From NCBI RefSeq assembly GCF_052425735.1, contig NC_135761.1, positions 8,184,001 to 8,248,000 of the forward strand: 64,000 bases of DNA, given 5' to 3'. Under the pieces are notes generated by a model that saw only the letters and a program-made list of their open reading frames with translations, made no database searches and was not told where the DNA came from. The position numbers and the translations under genes were made by a program. Source of the DNA: Oculina patagonica. Its lineage: Eukaryota. Of this stretch, positions 11,696-26,600 are shown piece after piece (the first letter of the stretch is position 1; each line of letters begins with the position of its first letter).

Positions 11696-14600
11696 ATGAC
11701 TCCAGAACGAGCAGCTTCACCCATTAAACATCCATTCGACAGGGTATTATCCACACAAACCAGACAGGAAATAAAGCAGCTATTGAGCTTATCATGGCCA
11801 ACTATCCTCCCATATTTCCTACATAATGCCTTATTCACCATAAGCCTTCTTTTCGCCGGGAGATTAGGCGAGACAGAGCTCGCAGCTACCGTTTTATCAA
11901 TGTCCTTCATTGCGGTTACTGGGACATTTCTTGGCTCGGGTGTGATCACAGCTGTAGAGGTTCTATGTGTACAGGCGTATCGGAGCAGGAGCTATCGACT
12001 CGTGGGAATAATACTTCAGAGAGGAGTATGGGTTCTAGGCATTGCCGTGTTGTTGGTATGGGCCATTTGGACAAATACGGAGCCGCTGCTGGTGATTATG
12101 AAACAGAAAAGAGAACTAGCAAGGTAATCTTATAAGTCGTATCTCCTGCAAACTCGAACCTTTTTTAATTTCCCGTCAAGTCATTATCTTACTAATTTTA
12201 CCCTCGATAACTCAAACTCCCGATAATTCGAACCCTTTGCCGGTTCCAGTTATCAGGGTTCAACTGTAGTTTGATACTTTCTTTTTAATGACTTCATCGA
12301 GCATCCAGTGTATTTAAACCAGTTTAATATCATATCTGTGTGCACGCTTTGCAGGCCTAGGAATTAAAGGCGCCCAAGACGCAAGTGTTTCGCAAGTAGG
12401 AACTACCGGCGGGAATAAAAGAACATACTGCGGTCAGGCGCGCAAGGGTCGACCTGCTCCATATTCTTGGATTATGTAGTCATAGAGATTAACCTATCGG
12501 ATTCCCCCTTCCAAAAATTCTCAAAGTACATGGCACACACTTTAGGCACGCACATACCATGCTCACGCAACAATCCGGAGAGTTTGCGGGAGTGTTCGCA
12601 GTTGCAATCACCCGCATGTGCGAGTGCGCGCTGATCGAAGAATGAGTTAAGGTTTCTGAAATTCGTTGAGTCCTTTGCATGATTATTTGCTACAGACAAC
12701 GCTTCGTCTTCTAATTATAATATACCCTGGATGCTGATTAAGATTTGCTAATGCGCGAAAGATATATTGTGGATTTCCACTGACGCGTAATTTTTTATGT
12801 GCATGAAAAAATTTAAAGACAATGTATGAACGACTTGTGTAAACGTTTACGAGGGTCTCAATGGGGTGGTGGCTTTTACGGTTAACGGTTAAAATTTTGG
12901 CCTTTTTACGGCTAACGGTTAATTTATTTCCATTACGGTTAACAGAAGTTAAAGTTAACTTTCATTGTTTTTAATAGTTAAAAATCAATTTCCATTATTG
13001 AAAAACATATGTTAGGTCTTAGGACCATTTTTGGGACGATGAAGTGAACTAGTTTGTTTTTTTTATAATCACTGACCGATTTTTACGGTTAACACATTTT
13101 ACGGCTAACGGTTAAAATTTTCCATTTTTTACGCCTAACGGCTAAATTTTTGGCCGATTTACGGCTAACGGTTAACCCCATTGAGACCCTCGTTTACGCA
13201 AGCCGTTCATACATTGTCTCTAAATTTTTTCACGCACGTAAAAATTACGCGTCAGTGGAAATCCACCAATAAACTGAATAAGCGGGAGCTTACGTAAATC
13301 CCCCTAAAGGAAAAAGTAACCTTTAACGCCGCATTCCTTAAAAGGTTTTATTCTTTTCTTTCATTTCCAGACTCTCTCAGCAATTCGTCTTCATTTGGTT
13401 TCCAGCACTTATTGTAAGTGATGCTATTTCTGTAGCAACCTTGCTCGAAGTTACTCAGTAAAAATAACCATCATTTGAGGGGAGGCTTGTGGTCTCATGT
13501 TAGCGCACTGGACTCCGGATAGAGTGATCTGGGTGTGAGCCGTATCTGACTAACTGTGCTGTTTTCTTGGGCAAGACACTTGACTTCCACACTGCCTTTT
13601 TCCTGTGTGTATAAATGCGTCACCAGCACTACCAGCACCACTTTAACCTCAGTGAAAAGTAATAAGATTGGAATCAAAATTCATGCTAATTTAAGATTGG
13701 CTTAATCGGGCTTTAAACAACTGGGCCCACGGGAGCATAAATGAAAATAAAAATATGAACTTGGCGAGATTGGGGTAGATAAATTGACACCGATCGAGTA
13801 CGAAGAACGAACGCTCTTTTAATTACACGCTTGTCTAATTTTGTTTCATTGTAGGCGGATTTTGCGTTTGTTCTTATTCAAAGATATCTGCAGATACAGG
13901 TATGTGGCTAACTGGGACGATGAAATTTTGACGAAAATTCTTTTTTCCAAATGTTGAAAAGATGGTTTACTCTACAATGCTGAAACTTTCAGTAGCTGTT
14001 CATTCATCCTTTGCGGAAATTTTGATATGTCAACCATGTGTCCATGATATTTGACGTTGCCATGGCAACGTCAAAAATGCCCGATTTTATCTTCCCTTCT
14101 TCTTTTTGTTAGGGTATTTTCAAGCCTGTCATCTATATCGGCATTACTGCAAACGTTATGCACATCGGACTCAATGTTCTGTTGGTTGACGGGGTCGATA
14201 TTGGATTCCAGTAAGTTAACAGTAGAATCTCAGTTAAACAAACGAGCACGGCAACGAGCACCAGTCCAGTTATTATGTGCTTACCCCAAGCTAGCCCCAA
14301 GGCGTTCTCCTCCTCTCTCGGGCAAGCGCAGAGTAAAAGTAAGAGCCTGGGAACGGGTTAGCGGGCCTGACACGTCACGAAGTTTCGCGCCAAATTGGTA
14401 GGGGTAGCGTTATCGGGAAGGGAAATCTTGTAAGACAAACCTATTTGCTAGTAAGCAACTGCAATTGTTTGCAGCTTTGCTGATATATAAGTTCTCCTTA
14501 GTGGCCGTCGTACATTTCTTTTAATGTAAGTTCTGAGAATTTCTTAGTACATCAAGAGAATTGTCCCCAGGCTGTCCAAACGTCTTTGCGCGTTTTCGTT

Positions 14601-17600
14601 TGCAATTGCCAAAAAAGCATTAATTTCAATCATGGCTATTTTTGTTTCACTTTTTTGCACGAAATCGAATTCAACCAAAATTAACGAAGATTTCTGCAAA
14701 ACGACACTGTAAATCCACTGATGCGAAAAGAGCTACAACGAAAAAGTCTTCATTTCTCAATCCATTAATAATTTTAAAAAATCACTCCGGGCGGGACAAA
14801 TCGGTCCAAATAATCCAGGTGACACGCTTCCCAGCGGGAACTAATGGAGAAGAATAATGTACCGTGGGGATGCGGAATAGAACCCTAGAATAAAACTTAC
14901 AGAAGGTATAAAGTTTCAAATTTAAAAATGACCAACAAAAACTACGCTCTATTTAACAATTAGACTACTCGCCCTCGTTTTCTATAAGCGAATAGTCAAC
15001 GGAGCCTGTGTACAGCCGTCCCGCTTCGTTAAAAACAAAAAATCGCGGTTCCCTCCGCGATTTTATTTAGCGGAGCAGTAGGGCTGTACACTAGCCTGCG
15101 TAGCAGGCGCCTGTGTAGTTACTTTAGCGCGTTTTAAAAAAGAGAGTGTGATTACGAGAAGGCCACGCGTTTCCCATACGCGCGCTCGAAACTACGGCGG
15201 CTGCTACGCAGGCTAGCTGTACACAGGCTAAGTCAACGAGGCGCAGCCTAGTTAATTATCGCTCATAGAAAACGAGGGCGAGTAGTCTTTTTTAGCAGAA
15301 GCTCTAAAGGATTGCAGTTCAAAACTAAAAATGTTGTGTACTCTTAAACCAAAAATCAAGAATTGTTGTCCCTTTTAAGGAGCAACTCACGCGCGATTGT
15401 GTTCTATCAGCGAAAAAAAAAAACAGTGGGAGAACCAATCAGATTCGCGGATTTGCAATAGAACACGGCTGAGTTTCTACTAAAAGAAAACAATGCACGC
15501 TTGATGTCTAAATAGCTGCTAAGGGATGCACAAGCCGTTAGGCGAGGGCATTCACTGGCTTTTCTAGAAATTAAATTATTTGAACATAAAAAAATGTTCA
15601 TCCATGAGCGCAATTTTTACGACAAGACACCCCATTTCATTCATGATTATAATCTCAACTATTTTAAGATAAGGAAAAACTAAATAGGTTTATTTTAATA
15701 ACATAAAATGTCGAAACAATATTTATATAATGAATTGAATAGCCATCGCATGAATAATTACCACAAAATCCAGAAGAGGAAAAAACAAATACTTTGAAAT
15801 GAGAATAAAAAAAAACAACCATTTGAAGAAGACATTTCTTTCGTGATCCTTAGTTTCTAGTTTACAATCAATCCACATAGCATTTATGAAGAGATAAACT
15901 GAAAAAAGCATTATTGATAAAAAGTTTAAATATATTCCTGAGTTACGGATCCACATAATCATTGTCGTTTTATTAGCAGGCACCCTCAATGGCGTAAAAA
16001 ACGATTATTTCAACTTTAATACAGTGATAAATCAGATCGTTTATACTGATATGTGTTTGTATATGATCGCTAGAGTTAAATGAGCAAGTTTCCTTTTTTC
16101 AAATCAAAATAAAATAAAGTGGTTTCTCGTATAATCTTACTAATTAGTTGTTCACGCAGCTGGATATCAAACTGTTCACAGATAAAGAAAGAAATTCACA
16201 AACCAGGATCTAAGTCAAAATAGGAGTTGACATATCAAAAAATTAATAATAAACTGAAGTCAACGCAAGTCGATATTATTTAGTTGTGTTTTTTTACTTG
16301 TCTTTACTAGAAAAAACCTTTAGCAATCCTCTTCGATAAGTTTAAAAATTCATTTTCCATTGACCGTGATATTTAAAATTCTTTTGTTTTAAAACTGGCA
16401 AGACGTTTGAATGGTCGTAAAGGATTTGGTGCAGCGGAAAGTTTAATTATGTCGATCCGACCAATTTTCACCTGTAAAATTATATTGCTGAAGAAATTTG
16501 CTTTTTGTAAAAGAGCAGGACCCAATAAAAAAACTGTTGCCTTCTTTGGTAAGAAAAAAAGTGGCCATGAAAGTATAATGAGGCGAGGAACACTACTAGA
16601 AGACGTGTACAATGGTGATATCGATAATGACAAGTTTTTAACAAAGATCTGTTATTAAAAATGTTAGAGTTGTTTGCTCACTAGACAAAAGGAAATTTCA
16701 TCAATACGTAGTTTGATGTTCTCAGCTGCCTGAATAAATATTACACGTACTTGAAAAACCCGGCTTCATTCTTGTTGACTGGCAAGCAAAATTACTGTCA
16801 TCATAAACAGAAGAAAATTAATAGTGAAAATTTTGTGTTGATCACCAAATTTTGTGTTGATGTTTTGTTCTGACTTTTGCAAGTTTTTGACGAAGATGTA
16901 TTATTAGTCTTGTTGACTGGCAAGCAAAAATATTACTTTGCTGATAAACAGTAGAAAATTAATAGTAAAACATTTGTGTGGATCACAAACTTTTCTGTTG
17001 ATGTTTTGTGTTGATATCGAAATTGACTTTTGCAGCTGGTTTTTAACGAAGATGTATTATGAAAACTTGGAGTTGTTTGCTGTTTAGACAAAAGGGAAGT
17101 TTATTAATTAATACGCGTTCTCGCAGTTTATAATTCTCGCAGCTTTTGACGCAGCTGCCAGAATATTAAAATATTTCACTTACTTGACAAACCACTTTAT
17201 TATTGTTTACTTGTAAGCAAAATTATTAATTAATTTGGTCATCACAAACAGAAGAAAATTAATAGTAAAAATTTTGTGTTGATCACCAAACTTTCTGTTG
17301 ATGTTTTGTGTTGATATTGATATTGAATTTTGCAAGTTTTTAACGAAGATGTTTTATGAAAACTTGGAGTTGTGTGCTGACTAGACAAAAGGAAAGTTCA
17401 TTAATACGTGTTCTCGCAGTGTGATGTTCTCGCAGCTTTTTAACACAAGCAAAATTACTGATTAATTACTTTGGTCATCATGCAAAGAAGAAAATTAATA
17501 GTGGAATAAGCAACGGCCAAAATACTGCTTAAATGTTTAACTTCATTTACCTTCGCTATATGACCTATATATTTCAAGTTTTTCCGGCGAACAGAGAAAA

Positions 17601-20600
17601 AATATCATAACAAGAACGAAAGCATGGTGATGGTGATTTTTGTTTTCTATTTGTTGATTATTCTGTTCTTATTAAAATCTTATCTCTGTGTGTGTTTTTT
17701 TTCTAATGATTCATTGTACTGTATACATTGAAAAGCGTTTTGCAGTCTTAGTAAGCCAATGAAATTAAAAATTAAAAATGTTCTTTCAGTCGACTGCTCT
17801 ACCCAAAAGCACAGCTTTGTTTGGCCACGGTGTATTTTAATAAACTCTTGTGTAAATCACAAATAAAACGATAAATGTATTTAACATGCGCTGCTACGAA
17901 ATGGAATTAGATTTAGCTTTTCTGGAACGAAGGAGGATCTCGTACGCTGTGTATGCATGGATGTGTTAACGTTGCTCATATCTGGAATATCAATTCCACT
18001 TCTCGTTTTCACTATTTTTGGGAACTTTCTTGTCATTGTGGTTATCAACAAAAACAAGAAACTGCAAAATGTGAACACAAGCCTAATATCCAGCCTCGCT
18101 TGGTCGGATTTCGGGTTCGCCGTTGTCACTTTCGTCGAAATATTTCTTGTGTCGAACAATGTCGCGAACTTTTCTTTTCAATTCGTCATGAACGCTTTAA
18201 GCTCAATTTACTTTCTTGTTGCTCTGGCAGTAGAAAGGTATTTTGGTATTTTGAAACCTTTTCTACACATGAAAAAAGTGGGAAAATCTTTGACGCAGAA
18301 AGTCATTTTTGCAGTATGGATGTTCGCTGGAGTTTTCAGCGCGGCGGGAATTGTTATTGACTCTCTAAGCTCGCAGAGTACTTGGGAAACGAAAAACGCT
18401 ACTGCGAATAAAACAAGCAGTTTACCTCACGAGAACGTAACAAACGGTGCACTACTTTGGTTTAAAACTCTTAGCACGGTAAGCACAGTTTACATATTTG
18501 TGCTCGTCACATTTGGTCTTGTTATACCGAGTGTTGTGATGATTTTCTGTTATTCGCGAGTTATTTATCACGTGTGGTTCAACACAGATAACAACAAATC
18601 GACAAATCTTGCTATTTTCAAGTCCCGACGCAAGCTGACAAAGCTCTTTATTATCCTTACGATAACATTTTTATTTACTTGGACTCCTACATTCGGAAGA
18701 CCCATTGTAACACGATTTGGAAATGAGGAAAACGCTCGGAGATACCAGTTATTTTCCATGTTCTTTGCTCTGGTCGGTTCAGCAGCTAATCCTGTGATTT
18801 TCTCATTTCGCTGTCCAAGATTTCGACAGGGACTTTTCAAACTGCTAAATTGTCGTTGTTGTAAAAGAAAGACACGACTAAACGCCAACAGAATTTTTGT
18901 GGCAAACAGCTATACACTGAAGGAAACGAAAAGACCGCCAGCTATTGTTCAACCTGTGTCAATTTCAGTTGGCGCCGCTGGACAACCAATGACTCCGTTA
19001 TGATCCACACTCGTTCCCAGACCCTACTTATTCGTTCTCAAAGGTGATAAAAGACTGAGGAGAAATTCCCTTGATGCAATGTGTTCTAGTCAAAACCGCC
19101 TCGGAAACGACTGGAAACGAGTCTGGTAATGACCTGTTTACAAGGGATGAAGATAACTTTAATACTAGGAATACCCTTGAAAGAGGGTCAAAGATGCCGT
19201 AAGATCAAATCAAAGGCCTTTGGGTTGTCTCGTGTCACGCATATTTCGGCAGTTATTACCTCTTTATACAAAAGATACAGGGATGACCTTTGGATTTCCC
19301 TTTAAAGAGTCTCTTTCACTGCAATTTTCTTTTAATTAATGAGACGTTAATATATATTGATTTTTTTGTTATTATTTCATACCAAGTTGTATATAAAGCA
19401 GTACAATCACCATTAAATGGTTAATAACATTGTAAGATAAAATTCACACACGGAAAATCAAAGTTATAAGCCCCTACCGGCTGCTAACGAAAACGATTTT
19501 CCGGGTATATAAGTCCTCCCCGAACCATGTTTTCGAAAAAAAAAATTACGTTCTAATTCGCTACGCTCAAACGAACGTAAATTATTTTCTTCTTCAATAC
19601 TGCAAAAAATACACACCAAGGGAATGATGGTTGGATGCTCAGGCAATCCAAGCTGACATTTATTGATACATTTCATACAGTGAAAAAGGAACGTTTAGAG
19701 CTATGTTGACGCCTACCAGAAAAAATAGAAGTACCAAAATACTTATTAAATCAGTTAGGATAAGGTGAGAAGTTATTTCAAAATAATTATATGTACAATG
19801 TAATAAAAGTAATCGTTGTGATAAATTGGCGCTACTTCTAACCACGGATGTAGCTTCTTCGGGCTTATGCTATCAATGACAATAAAATACTCAGAGCAAG
19901 ATCCTTTACAGTTCTTCAATAGCTCCCTACATCTTGCGCATAACAGCTTGGTACCATTCTGCTAGACGGTATTGAAAAACCACAAAAAACTTAGAAACTT
20001 ATTGATCAATAATGTTAAGCTGTTGTTGAGACGAGATAATATAGTTACATAACCTCTTAATTTAAACATTAGTCCCTTCACTGTAAACATCAGTAGATTT
20101 CCACATGTACGTAAGGAACAAATAACTAGAATGAACAGCCAAAATGCCAAAAGCTAAGCTTAAGGTAACAGACTATTCAATACATCATTTCGAAGAATCT
20201 TTCGCTACCTAACAAACATATGCAAGCTAAGCGCAAGTCCTTCAGGCTTGTTGATGGAGCAGCATACTTATCGATGATTTTATTAGCAGAGATAAACACC
20301 CTAACAAACGCTGAACCGCTATTAAAAAACTATTTCAAATTGAGCTATCCGGCCAAATGATAAATGATAATGCGGACATGAATCAAAAATAAAGCAGCAT
20401 AAGACTTGAAACTACGTAAGATGCGCATGCGGATTGTAAAGCGATACAACTGAAACTGATCATGAGACAGTATGAGGACAAGATACCGCATCTTATAAAG
20501 AACTTGACGATTTTTTTTTTTTTTTTTTTTGGAATATTTTTTTTTTGCTGTGAAATCCATCTTAACCTTCATAAACAACTTCAGGACGTCCTTCGTGCTT

Positions 20601-23600
20601 GGTTTCTTGCTAGCTGGGGGCTCCTCTGATAACCTTGAATAGTTAACATCTATAATGAAGAAAAAAGAGAAGTGACAGGCATTTGTATCCATATAAACCT
20701 ACATGGAAGCGAGCGAGCACATAAACTGAAATAAATTAACATAAGCTGAATGCAGACAAATTGCTCTGCAAAATCAGGCCAGCGCCTCCTTTCTGAAAGG
20801 TGAATGGACAAGTGACCCAAAATGAGGCCAGCGCCTCCTTGCTGATGAGTGAATAGACAAGCGTCCCAAAAACAGGCCAGCGCCTCCTTCTGATGAGTGA
20901 ATGGACAAGCGTCCCAAAGTCAGGCCAGCGCCTCCTTTCTGATAACGTCGATCAATCTTAACCAAACATAAATAGAAACTGGCCCAGCGGTCTTGTAATC
21001 AGCGAAAAACTTTATACAAACAGCTACCAATGTTGAAATGAAAGAATCTGCTCGAAGTAAAACAGTATTTCGCCGATGTTCCAGTACACTCTTGCTATAA
21101 AGACTATAAACAGCTTGCCATCTATTGCAAAACGAGCAATTATTCTGAAAGTTTAGGAAAAAACGAGACGAGGTCCAGAACAGTACGATAAATGTGGTAA
21201 TGGCCTTGCATGTACACGAGAAGTGAATACCTAGTGAATTAATAAATCCACTCCGTAAGTCCTGCATGGATTTCAAAAACTAAAGTGAAAACATACCTAG
21301 TTGTTGCCAAACTGACAAAGTAGACCACTATATGGGATTCCCACCCATTTTCAATGCTTCAAAACATGATGAGTTGTAATTAGTCAACCATTTATGTATA
21401 AATAATGCGACTTTATAATCCTCACATCGAGCTCCGTACGGGAAACCATAGCATACAATTTGACACCGCTGTCAATAGGAGCTGAAAATTTTGGGCTATA
21501 TAACATGTAAACTTCAACTTCGTGCTACTCGAATGTAATACTCTGCAAACGAACAACTATCTAAAACCAACTTAACATAGAGCCTTGCTGAAATGACAAA
21601 AACTTTTCCAGACACGTCATACCACAAACGTGTATACATGCACCCAGTTATCATTATGGCGCACTTGTCCACTGTTACCTAAATGGACGCCACATTTTGT
21701 GGCACTAGCATCTGAGCTAACAATACAATAAGACGGGCCAATCCATAATGACTTTTCAAAATCATCCTGTCCAGTCCTCTTCAATACTCAACATGTTTTC
21801 TTAGAGAATAAATTGGGCCAAAGTAAACGTCTAGTGAAATCGTAATCCTGCGCAGCCTCAATGTCCTTGTTGTAATAACTAGTCATAATTCGGGAAATGT
21901 CCTCAAATACTACACCAATGGAAACAAATTTCCCCCAAGCCAGGCTAAACAATTCCCCATAAAACTTTTTTCTGAAACAATTATGAAGACATACAGAAAT
22001 GCGAAGTAAAAATAACCGTCTATCCGAAATAGGAATTGTTCTATAGATAGTGTTCTATACTATACCATTCGAAAATTAACAAGGGTCCACTAAAACTTCC
22101 CGCCATAGCTAAAAAATAAATCTGAACTTCCGTAAACTGGATCTAAGACTGCACAAGAGTAATAATCAATATGGATCAAATTCCCCTCGTCCAGGAATAG
22201 AACAATGTTGACCCCCTTGAATCCTTCAATATTCAGTTCGAGCGACTTGAGGCATGGAATAAAGATCCAACCCAAATGGAAATACAGTAAACAGAAAAAC
22301 ACCTAAACTAAGCGTCACCTAACGAAAAGCAAGCGAAAACCTAACAATATAAATGTGCGATGATCAGGGTGTGAATAGCTATATAGGTGATAGGTAATAG
22401 CCACTTGGACCAAACAAAACCATAAATACTCCCTTTAGAATAGGGAAAAGTGATATTCCCATTTACGCACTAAATCCTTGTTCATAAAAATGTTTATCTC
22501 TTCTTCCATAGGGTTAATTCGAAACACTTAAGGGTAAACCATATAAGAAGGAGCCTTAACTTCTGCCAACCCGGTAAAATGTAAAGGCACTAAATAGCTT
22601 ATCTACAAATCATACAGAATGATGTAAAGATGACACATAGCTTTTGAAAAATTTCAGAGGGAATCTTCTTGAAAGGAAGACGAAAACCATCTAAAACAAC
22701 TGATACAATAATCTCTGAGACGCCTAAAAATAACAGAAATGAATATTTCTTCCCAGACTGCCCTTTTATAACTTGCAACACACCTGGTCTAGTAGAAACT
22801 TCACGCTCATATCTGATTTTTGTGTTACCTCATTCAATTCGTCAAACAGATCGACATTACCAATATCATTTCGATGCCCCATCAATGCGTGCTCCTGATG
22901 CCGGCGGGCTTAGTGGAAGCGGCGCTGCTCCAGTAATGGGAAGTTCAACTACTTTAGTTTTAATGCAGTCTGCAAAAAGTTTCCGAACCTGCAGTCCTTA
23001 ACCCACTGTCCGCCGTTTGAAATAAAAAAAATGACACCTGCAACACATTCTGTTCGGACAAAAAACATGTATAAAATTGACAAGCAATCAATTAGACAAG
23101 ATAACAAAAACGAAATGGGCGGGCGGGCGGGCGGGTTTACAACTTCAATGTCAGCATGGAATGCGAAAGCGAGAGGACTGAACAACTCTGAACAGTCTAT
23201 AAATACCTTATCAAACCAATCAGAGATACCCAAGGGACACGCCCAAGCGGCGTGTCATACACAGCGAAATAAATAACCAAAAACCTGTTAATGAACTGTA
23301 TTGACTGCATACCAGTAGAAAATACATTTACGTTCTAATTCGCTACGCTCAAACGAACGTAAATTATTTTCTTCTTCAATACTGCAAAAAATACACACCA
23401 AGGGAATGATGGTTGGATGCTCAGGCAATCCAACCTACGCGAGACATCACAAAGTAAAAAATATAAGATCCTACCGCGAGAAGGCTAAATTGCTAGTTGG
23501 TTAGAACCTCTTGAGAATACTGCGAAATTAGCGTCCGAATCCGCCTTCTTCTTTTCGGCTGACAGTCAATTCTCTTTGCATCTTCTGACAAGCAAGCTCG

Positions 23601-26600
23601 TCCGACTCGTATACCTGTAGAGCCAACCACTCGTCTTTGCTTCTATCCGCGAGATTTATCGCCTTCTGCCGCGTCGTTGTGAGCTGCCCTCCTTGCGTTA
23701 CCAGCTTGCAGACTTCTGACGGTTTATCCAGGCTGATTTCTAGCTGAACGAACGTTCAACTCAAACAGCTTATAATTACTATGAATTTAAACTACAATGC
23801 TTCAATGTCGATTTTCGACTTTCCTCCGAATTCTAATTTGACTAACCGAACTAGGACGACAGGTAATTCTTGAACAGGGAGGACACTTCATTGACTAACT
23901 CTGGATTTGAAGACTCTTGCTGCAACCATAGGATTACTCAAAACTTCGGGTTTACAACTTCAATGTCAGCATGGAATGCGAAAGCGAGAGGACTGAACAA
24001 CTCTGAACAGTCTATAAATACCTTATCAAACCAATCAGAGATACCCAAGGGACACGCCCAAGCGGCGTGTCATACACAGCGAAATAAATAACCAAAAACC
24101 TGTTAATGAACTGTATTGACTGCATACCAGTAGAAAATACATATACTAACGTCCTAGCTCACCAAGCATTGTGCTTCAGTAGAAATAAATTTATATTCTC
24201 TGGAATTATCATCGTCTTTTATTTAAAATTAATAACGTCTAGTCGTTAAATACAGGGCTAAGCTGACACAAAGGGATCAATGTTTTTAGAGTCGTGTATC
24301 TTCGCTTCCACTGACTAAATTGGTCTTCATAATGCAGCACAAAGCACGGTACATTTGCTTAACCCTCGATGTAAACACAAAGGCTAGCGCTATATACAGA
24401 CCCTGAAGAGTAGTAAATATGATAAACGGGTATTCAAAATACTGAGACACAAGAATCTTCAAAAACCCAAATATCCAAGTGAAGCCCATTAAGATGAAGA
24501 TCTTTAGAAACACACCGGCAGTTTTGCGTTTTACCTGTTCATGTGTTGCTCTTCGCGTCTGATTGTTAGTTTTCCTGATAGCTCGCACAGTCAAAGCAAA
24601 ACATACTGCGTTAAAAAAGATGGAAAACGCGAGCGGTACAAGCAAGAAAAACAAATTTGCAGTTGAGTTGTTTATCCAACATCCCTTGATACCGCCATAG
24701 TGAAATTCAACCACGTTGGTCTGGTCAAGAGCAACGCACACGACAACAAAAACAAAAGCAGGAAGCCAGCCTATTGGAATCCTTCGCAATAAATCAAAAC
24801 GCTTTTCCCTTTGGTTTGGCTGTCTGTTACGGATGCGAATTTTGGAAAACGCCTTCCATGTTTCAAAAGCTATGAATGACATCCACATGAAAGAAACTAG
24901 GAAGAAATATTGCAATAAAATAGCGATAATTGTACATGCAATTTTGGCATTAACGTACCCGGTTGCAAGATAGAACAAGTCAGCCAGCAAGTGTGCCAAA
25001 CAAAGATTCATGAGATAACTTCCAGGTAAAGTGCGAAGTTCCTTAAATAACGAATAGGTCACTAAGACTAAAACAAAACTTAAAATGGACAGGGAAAGTC
25101 CAACATAGGTCAACACGACTAAGACAATGTCATTCTCTGTTGTACTGCTGCGATCAGCTTTTGTAAGTGATTCTTCGTAATTTGAAGAAAACTGTGTACA
25201 AACCCAGATGGTGTTATTGAGTAACAGAAAACTTCCTGGTTGAAAGAGCTCTTCTGAAATGTTACGATACAATGAACCATTTGGTAAAATGACATATTCG
25301 TCTTCCGTTAATCCAACTAAAATTCCAGAACAGTTTAGCTGTGGTTGTTTACAGACTGTAAGGATGCCGATAGGCGCTAGCGATCCGTTTATCCATTCCG
25401 TTTCGTTTGAGTAATAGTCCGTCTCTTGAAATATTTCTCCTGTATTCTTGATTTTGACCGCGTTTCTTTCAAACGTATATTCACTTGGGTAGAAAGTTTC
25501 AACTACAGCACAATAAAATGGTTTCACAGCGACTTTGAAGACAGTAAAATTTGCGTTGTTCAAAATGACAAATTGAGATGTCATTGCTGTTTGGAAAGTT
25601 TGAGAAGAGATGTTCTTCTGTATCGTTGGGTTAATATGGATGTTAAACACTACAGTCGAGACTGGACCGAAAGGATTTCCAATAGAGATGTTAGAAATAA
25701 ATGTCTTGTTTAAGTTTAACTTATTCGCTATGGCTTCTTGGAAGTTGACTATAGTTATCAGAGGCCGGCCCCAAGAGGAAGTCTCGGAACGCATCCAAAC
25801 ACTGATAGTGAAGATTTTTTCATGGATAGAGATGACATCAGATGGTGAAATGCCAGGTCGACAAACTTCAAGATGAAAATCATAAACTTCGTCTCCTTGT
25901 AGACAAGAAACGTTAAATCGACGTACCTTTGACCTTTGAACTTCACGATCCATTCCGAGTTGGTCCCGATCTGAAAAGTCAAGATCCATTACAAGAGAGA
26001 AGGGCTTCACAAGTGTAGGATCATGTCTGGAAGGATAAGGTCCTGGGCCACAGCTGAAGTTTTTCACTTTGCTACAAAGAGCGCAGTATGGATTGGAAAA
26101 TGTTCTCCGGTAAAAACCATTCTTTTCGTATACAAGTCTCAATGGTCCGTTGAAACATTTTTGTTGCACTTTTTGTGGGAAGGAAATGTCATAACAATAG
26201 CTAGGTGAGATGAGGTGACAGTATCTGCGCCTTGCTCCTATCGGAGGCCGCCAGAAAGGGTTGTCACAGAAAGTAGACAAGAATTTGAAGATTTCTTTTT
26301 TCTTGTACTGATTTGGAACTGGGACATCGCAGCTGAATTTAAAATTGTAAAATGTCAGGTCATTTGAATTCAAACCGTGGCACTGTGCACAGTAATGATT
26401 TTTGTAAGTATTTCCTTTTCCGTCAATAACAGGCACATTGTCTTTGAGATTATCGTATGAAAGAAAAAGATCTGGATTGCAGAGATCTTTAATATCATCT
26501 TGAGTCCAATTCTTAGGACACGAAGAAATCATCCACACGCCATGAACTGTGCTAAAGGAGTTATAACTAGATACACACTTCCACCGGCCAATGTCATCCG

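Noticed and set aside
20775-20941. Short repeats with variable gaps resembling a CRISPR array
   Set aside because: The 'spacers' are similar to each other, so this is a minisatellite; the context is eukaryotic and there are no cas genes.
23031-24091. Two plus-strand ORFs with the same C-terminus (GFTTSMSAWNAK...)
   Set aside because: They are chance translations of repeat B of the DIRS-like element.
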